9,804 bases of DNA. Source: a virus (taxonomy: Duplodnaviria > Heunggongvirae > Uroviricota > Caudoviricetes). A program made the position numbers and the translations under genes. The notes under the pieces were generated by a model. It was given only the letters and a program-made list of their open reading frames with translations, was not told the origin of the DNA and searched no databases. Below are positions 6,314-9,804 of the stretch, piece after piece; the stretch's first letter is position 1; every line of letters begins with the position of its first letter. Where the stretch lies: positions 1 through 9,804 of the IMG/VR virus record IMGVR_UViG_2579778652_000001; one strand, 5' to 3'.

Positions 6314-9049
6314 ATGGCTAATTACCGTGATTTGTTAGAGCAGGCTGGCGCACGTTACGGTGTGCCAGAAGGGTTGATGACTGCACTGAGTGCCAAGGAG
6401 TCTTCTCACAACCCTGCCGCAGTAAGCTCCGCCGGGGCTGTAGGATTGACTCAGGTCATGCCTGGGACATGGCGTGATATGGGTTATACCGATGAGCAAA
6501 TGCAAAACCCCGAATATCAGGCTGACGCTGGCGCGCGCTATCTGGCAAAGATGTACCAGCAGTTTGGTAACTGGCGTGATGCTCTTCAGGCTTATCACGA
6601 CGGTCCCGGCAACGTTATGAAGGCAAAGCGTGGTGAATATACGCCAGGACCTGAAGGCCGCGGTTACGTTGATGATCGCTTTGCTCAATGGGCGGGTGAC
6701 CCGGTGACAGACTCAACAGTCGAACAGCGCGCCACCTCTGCAAAGGTACATCCTCAGCAAGACCCTAACAACCCGTTTGCACAACTGGAAGCACAGTCAT
6801 CCGAACAAGTATCGGCATCAGGTGTGCAGTCAGACCCAAATAATCCATTTGCTCAGATTGAGCAGCAGGCAGCCAGTCAGCAGCCACCTCAACCCGTAAG
6901 TTCTGTCGCACCGAAACCTGTTCAGCAACAAACAGTTAATCAGGCCAATAATGAACCAGCACGTGAAGAACCATCATTGATGCAACAAGCTGGCGATTGG
7001 CTCACAGGTGGTCAAAGTGCAGGGCAAATTGCAGAGCAGGCTGGTCGTGGTCTGGTAAACATACCATTTGACGTATTGCAGGGTGGCGCAAGTCTGATTA
7101 ATGCAATCAGCCAGGGGCTTGGTGGCCCCAAGGTTTTGGACGATGTCTATCGTCCAGTAGATCGACCGACAGACCCTTATGCGCAAGCTGGAGAGTCAAT
7201 AGGCGGTTATCTTGTTCCTGGAGCAGGAGTAGCTGGAAACATGGTCATTGGTTCTCTCGCTGACGCGGCGAATCAACGGGGTGATTTTGCCGAAAATGCC
7301 GCTATTAATGCCGGACTTAACATTGCTACGCATGGCCTGATAAATGGCGTTACCCGTGGTGTTCGTGGTGCATCAAATATAATTAGTGGCAATAAAACAT
7401 CTGCACAGAGAGCGACCACTGCGGCAACAGAAACATCACCATTCTCCGGTGATGCCGCTGCAGCAACAAATCCTGCTGTTCATGCCGCAGAGGCAAGAGT
7501 AGCACAAGGTGTACCAATGACGCCTGCAACGAGGAACCCAGAGGAAGTCGTTCGCACAGTAGCAGCACAAAAAAGGCCAAATCTCGCTTCATCGCTTGAT
7601 GAACTAGATATCAATCCTCAGGCTGAAGTTCTGGAGTCTGCTGAAAGGCTTAATGTTGATTCATTACTCCCTTCACACTTTTCCGGGAACGAGCAATACA
7701 AGGCAGTTGAGCAAGCAATCAAGTCCCGTGCGGGTTCTGCTCTACAGGTGCAGGAAAATGAAGCAATCAGGCAGCTAGCACAGGGCGCGGGGGAGATAAT
7801 TGATCGCGTTTCCGGTGCAAAAGATGCTCTTGGTATGAGCGACAAGTTTATTGATACGGTCAATGGAAGAATGTCTGCGCTGATGAAACGAAGCGACCAG
7901 CTTTATCGCAATGTTGAAAAGGCGATGCCTGCAGGTGCAAAAATTGATGCGCCATCAACAAGGTCAATGCTCAAACAGGTGGCAGAAGATCTTGGCGGGA
8001 TGAAAAACCTTGACCCTATTGAAAAGAGAGTCTTTCGGGCAGTTAATCCAGGCAAGAACGGCGCATTAACTTATGCAAATCTCAATAAGCAACGACGACT
8101 TGTTGGTGATGCACTTCATAAGAATTCTGGACCATATAAAGATGCTGATCGCGCTGCTTTATCGAGGCTTTACGGTTCGCTCGCCGATGATCAAAAGGCG
8201 GCGCTGTCAGAGACAAATGCATTACGTGATTTTGAAGTTGCTCAGAGGCTTGTTCAGATGCGAAAAAGCATGGAAGAGCAAATGATTAATCTAACTGGCA
8301 GAACGCTGAACGGTGATGTTTCTCGCAAAGCAACTACAGCACTACAGGCAATGTCGAAAGGCGATGCCAAAGGATTTCGTGAATTGATGCAAAACACGCC
8401 GTCCAGGAAGCTAAGAACCGAGCTACTGGGAACAGGTCTTCGGGATATGCTTTCGAACGGAAAACGTGGCGCTGATTTTAATCCTGCAGGGTTTGCTGAT
8501 TGGTATCAAAACATGTTAGCAAACGGGCAGATGCGCAATCTTGCCCGACATTTACCAAAAGAGACTATGTCAGGTCTGAACGATGTATATAAGGTCGCAA
8601 AGGCTATCAAAGACGCAAAATCTTACGAGATAACTACAGGAAGACTAAACGAGTTCGTCAAACGGTTTAATCGCGTCACTGCGGCAAATGAATTTGTTGC
8701 TAACCATGCCCAACGCATTGGCACTGCGGTTGGTTCAACTGTGTCAGGACCGTTCAGTGCAGTAGGTGCTGTTGCTGGGTCAGAAATTGGGGCAAAAGTC
8801 GCCAGCAAAATCAGGGCGATGGGCGGCGCTGAATCAATTGAATCTGCAGAAAAGCTAATTAGCTCACCAGAATTCCAGAAAGCAGCAAGGCTGGCAGTAA
8901 AACAAGCACCAGAAAGCATCGTTGATACAACTGTAAGACGCTCTTCTGCTTGGCGCTCGTTTTACAACTCACTTCCAGAATCAGATAAGAAAACCATATC
9001 AAGGCTAGGCATCATGTACTGGATGAACAGTGATGATAACCAGAAGTAA
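6314..9049 (+). CDS. Third ejection protein (gp16 position) with N-terminal lytic transglycosylase (SLT) domain, 911 aa
   Basis: ATG abuts the gp20-like stop (TAAATG). The first ~130 aa carry the family-1 SLT signature: catalytic Glu in AKESSHNP (E29, nt 6398-6400), [10 protein letters not shown], and AYHDGPGNV. This is followed by a Q/P-rich linker with a duplicated DPNNPFAQ(L/I)E(A/Q)Q peptide and then ~680 aa of mixed Gly/Ala-rich and helical sequence. It occupies the slot of P22 gp16 (609 aa) between the gp20 homolog and the immunity/tailspike region. Confidence 0.8.
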   Translation: MANYRDLLEQAGARYGVPEGLMTALSAKESSHNPAAVSSAGAVGLTQVMPGTWRDMGYTDEQMQNPEYQADAGARYLAKMYQQFGNWRDALQAYHDGPGNVMKAKRGEYTPGPEGRGYVDDRFAQWAGDPVTDSTVEQRATSAKVHPQQDPNNPFAQLEAQSSEQVSASGVQSDPNNPFAQIEQQAASQQPPQPVSSVAPKPVQQQTVNQANNEPAREEPSLMQQAGDWLTGGQSAGQIAEQAGRGLVNIPFDVLQGGASLINAISQGLGGPKVLDDVYRPVDRPTDPYAQAGESIGGYLVPGAGVAGNMVIGSLADAANQRGDFAENAAINAGLNIATHGLINGVTRGVRGASNIISGNKTSAQRATTAATETSPFSGDAAAATNPAVHAAEARVAQGVPMTPATRNPEEVVRTVAAQKRPNLASSLDELDINPQAEVLESAERLNVDSLLPSHFSGNEQYKAVEQAIKSRAGSALQVQENEAIRQLAQGAGEIIDRVSGAKDALGMSDKFIDTVNGRMSALMKRSDQLYRNVEKAMPAGAKIDAPSTRSMLKQVAEDLGGMKNLDPIEKRVFRAVNPGKNGALTYANLNKQRRLVGDALHKNSGPYKDADRAALSRLYGSLADDQKAALSETNALRDFEVAQRLVQMRKSMEEQMINLTGRTLNGDVSRKATTALQAMSKGDAKGFRELMQNTPSRKLRTELLGTGLRDMLSNGKRGADFNPAGFADWYQNMLANGQMRNLARHLPKETMSGLNDVYKVAKAIKDAKSYEITTGRLNEFVKRFNRVTAANEFVANHAQRIGTAVGSTVSGPFSAVGAVAGSEIGAKVASKIRAMGGAESIESAEKLISSPEFQKAARLAVKQAPESIVDTTVRRSSAWRSFYNSLPESDKKTISRLGIMYWMNSDDNQK
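6761..6868 (+). repeat. Duplicated 12-codon peptide motif DPNNPFAQ(L/I)E(A/Q)Q inside the SLT-to-body linker, copies 72 nt apart
   Basis: Copy 1 at 6761-6796 (gac cct aac aac ccg ttt gca caa ctg gaa gca cag) and copy 2 at 6833-6868 (gac cca aat aat cca ttt gct cag att gag cag cag). The peptide is conserved while many third codon positions differ. Confidence 0.6.
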
Positions 9050-9066
9050 CGGAAAGCCACGGATGG

Positions 9067-9360
9067 TTAGCTGCTGTCTTTTTTATATAGCTCTTTGAGC
9101 GTATCAAAGACAATTTTCTTAACCATATCGGATTGTTGTTCTGCCATACGCTCTGCATCGTCAATGTAAACTGATGCAGAGCTTTGTTTAGCCAATGATT
9201 CTTCAATCGCTGCAATTATCTCTGAGTTCAGCGACCTGTTATTCATCTTCGCACGCTGTTTAATTTTCGCGTGGAGTTCATGCGGAAGTCTCAAGTGAAA
9301 CTGCGCCTCGTCGTATTTGCTGTACATCCTTGATGCCTCACCAGTTGGGTGGAATGGCAT
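9067..9360 (-). CDS. mnt: Mnt-like ribbon-helix-helix transcriptional repressor (Arc/MetJ superfamily), 97 aa from the first ATG, or 86 aa from the internal ATG at 9327
   Basis: C-terminal half DDAERMAEQQSDMVKKIVFDTLKELYKKDSS is nearly identical in pattern to P22 Mnt (NDAERLADEQSELVKKMVFDTLKDLYKK). The RHH core FHLRLPHELHAKIKQRAKMNNRSLNSEIIAAIEESL aligns with Mnt FNFRMPMEVREKLKFRAEANGRSMNSELLQIVQDAL. Both candidate starts have a plausible SD (AGG before 9360; GAGG before 9327). Confidence 0.85.
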   Translation of the reverse strand: MPFHPTGEASRMYSKYDEAQFHLRLPHELHAKIKQRAKMNNRSLNSEIIAAIEESLAKQSSASVYIDDAERMAEQQSDMVKKIVFDTLKELYKKDSS

Positions 9361-9448
9361 CGTAACCTACTGGATAAATACTCAATAGTACCATTTCGGT
9401 ATGCAATCACATCATGGTTGCATCATATCATTCGTCTGGAGTAATGAA
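9361..9448. promoter_or_regulatory. Divergent intergenic control region between the mnt-like gene and the tailspike gene; candidate operator and promoters
   Basis: Inverted repeat ATGCAA (9401-9406) N11 TTGCAT (9418-9423), so a TTGCAT -35-like hexamer reads outward on each strand. Direct repeats CATCAT at 9410-9415 and 9421-9426. Candidate -10 TATCAT at 9426-9431 on + and GAGTAT (complement of 9378-9383) on -. GGAG SD at 9438-9441, 7 nt before the tailspike ATG. Confidence 0.35.
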
Positions 9449-9804
9449 ATGTCAGATATCACCGCAAACTTAGTGGTAGGGATGCCTGCGCAGCTTTTCA
9501 CGCTGGCACGCTCATTTAAAGCAAATGCCAACGGTAAAATCTATCTTGGGCTACCAGATACCGATCCTACAATCCCAGCGAATCAAATCCCTGTTTATAT
9601 TGAAAGTGAAACTGGAGATCTGATTCCAACTGCTCAGCCGATAGTCATTAACGCGGGTGGGTATCCTGTTTACAACGGGCAGATATCAAAGTTCGTTACT
9701 GTGCAGAATTACAGCATGGCTGTTTACGACGCCTATGGATCGCAGCAGTTCTACTTCCCTGACATTGCAAAATACGACCCAGATCAGTTAAGGCAACAGC
9801 TTGA
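9449..9804 (+). CDS. 9: Tailspike protein, N-terminal head-binding domain (first 118 codons; continues beyond the window)
   Basis: [113 protein letters not shown] aligns along its length with the P22 gp9 N-terminal domain as I recall it ([56 protein letters not shown]...KYDPDQ). No stop before the window end. Not in the ORF track because it is open-ended. Confidence 0.9.
   Translation, partial: MSDITANLVVGMPAQLFTLARSFKANANGKIYLGLPDTDPTIPANQIPVYIESETGDLIPTAQPIVINAGGYPVYNGQISKFVTVQNYSMAVYDAYGSQQFYFPDIAKYDPDQLRQQL

Noticed and set aside
6335-6688. Antisense 117-aa ORF opposite the SLT domain
   Set aside because: It overlaps the most strongly supported protein-coding segment of the window (conserved SLT motifs on the + strand) and has no start context.
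8623-8919. Antisense 98-aa ORF opposite the C-terminal part of the 911-aa gene, and the 67-aa ORF at 9012-9215 (-)
   Set aside because: No RBS. The second overlaps the mnt-like gene in another frame. Both are better explained as chance frames.
9092-9120. AT-rich hairpin TCTTTGA/TCAAAGA (9092-9110) followed by a T-rich tract on the + strand, a possible terminator after the ejection operon
   Set aside because: The stem has only two G:C pairs and lies inside the mnt-like coding sequence; it probably reflects codon context and is too weak to call without folding energies or transcript data.
1-9804. Searched by eye for tRNA-like cloverleaf regions, CRISPR repeat-spacer periodicity, IS terminal inverted repeats and att-like direct repeats
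   Set aside because: None found. Coding density is near-continuous on the + strand and the only non-coding stretches are the short intergenic regions described above.

Overview
This window is the late structural and DNA-ejection gene block of a P22-like short-tailed phage (or prophage) of an enterobacterial host, running from the 3' part of the coat gene to the 5' part of the tailspike gene. Nine tightly packed + strand genes follow P22 order: coat (partial), small ORF, gp4-like, gp10-like, tail needle (gp26-like), gp14-like, and three ejection proteins (gp7-like, gp20-like, and a 911-aa protein in the gp16 position). A single - strand gene encodes a Mnt-like ribbon-helix-helix repressor, followed by the tailspike N-terminus, which is cut by the window edge. 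I saw no tRNA, rRNA, CRISPR array, IS element or integrase. The points most worth follow-up are: (1) the third ejection protein carries an N-terminal lytic transglycosylase (SLT) domain with an intact catalytic-Glu motif and a Q/P-rich linker containing a codon-diverged duplicated peptide; (2) the Mnt-like repressor sits alone, with no arc, ant or sieA, directly divergent from the tailspike gene across an 88-bp region with an inverted repeat; (3) the tail needle is mosaic, with a P22-like N-terminus and a long non-P22 C-terminal domain. All homology statements rest on recalled protein sequences and P22 gene order and sizes; no database search was run. I see nothing here that amounts to a new multi-gene system; the novelty is at the level of domain fusion and regulatory architecture.
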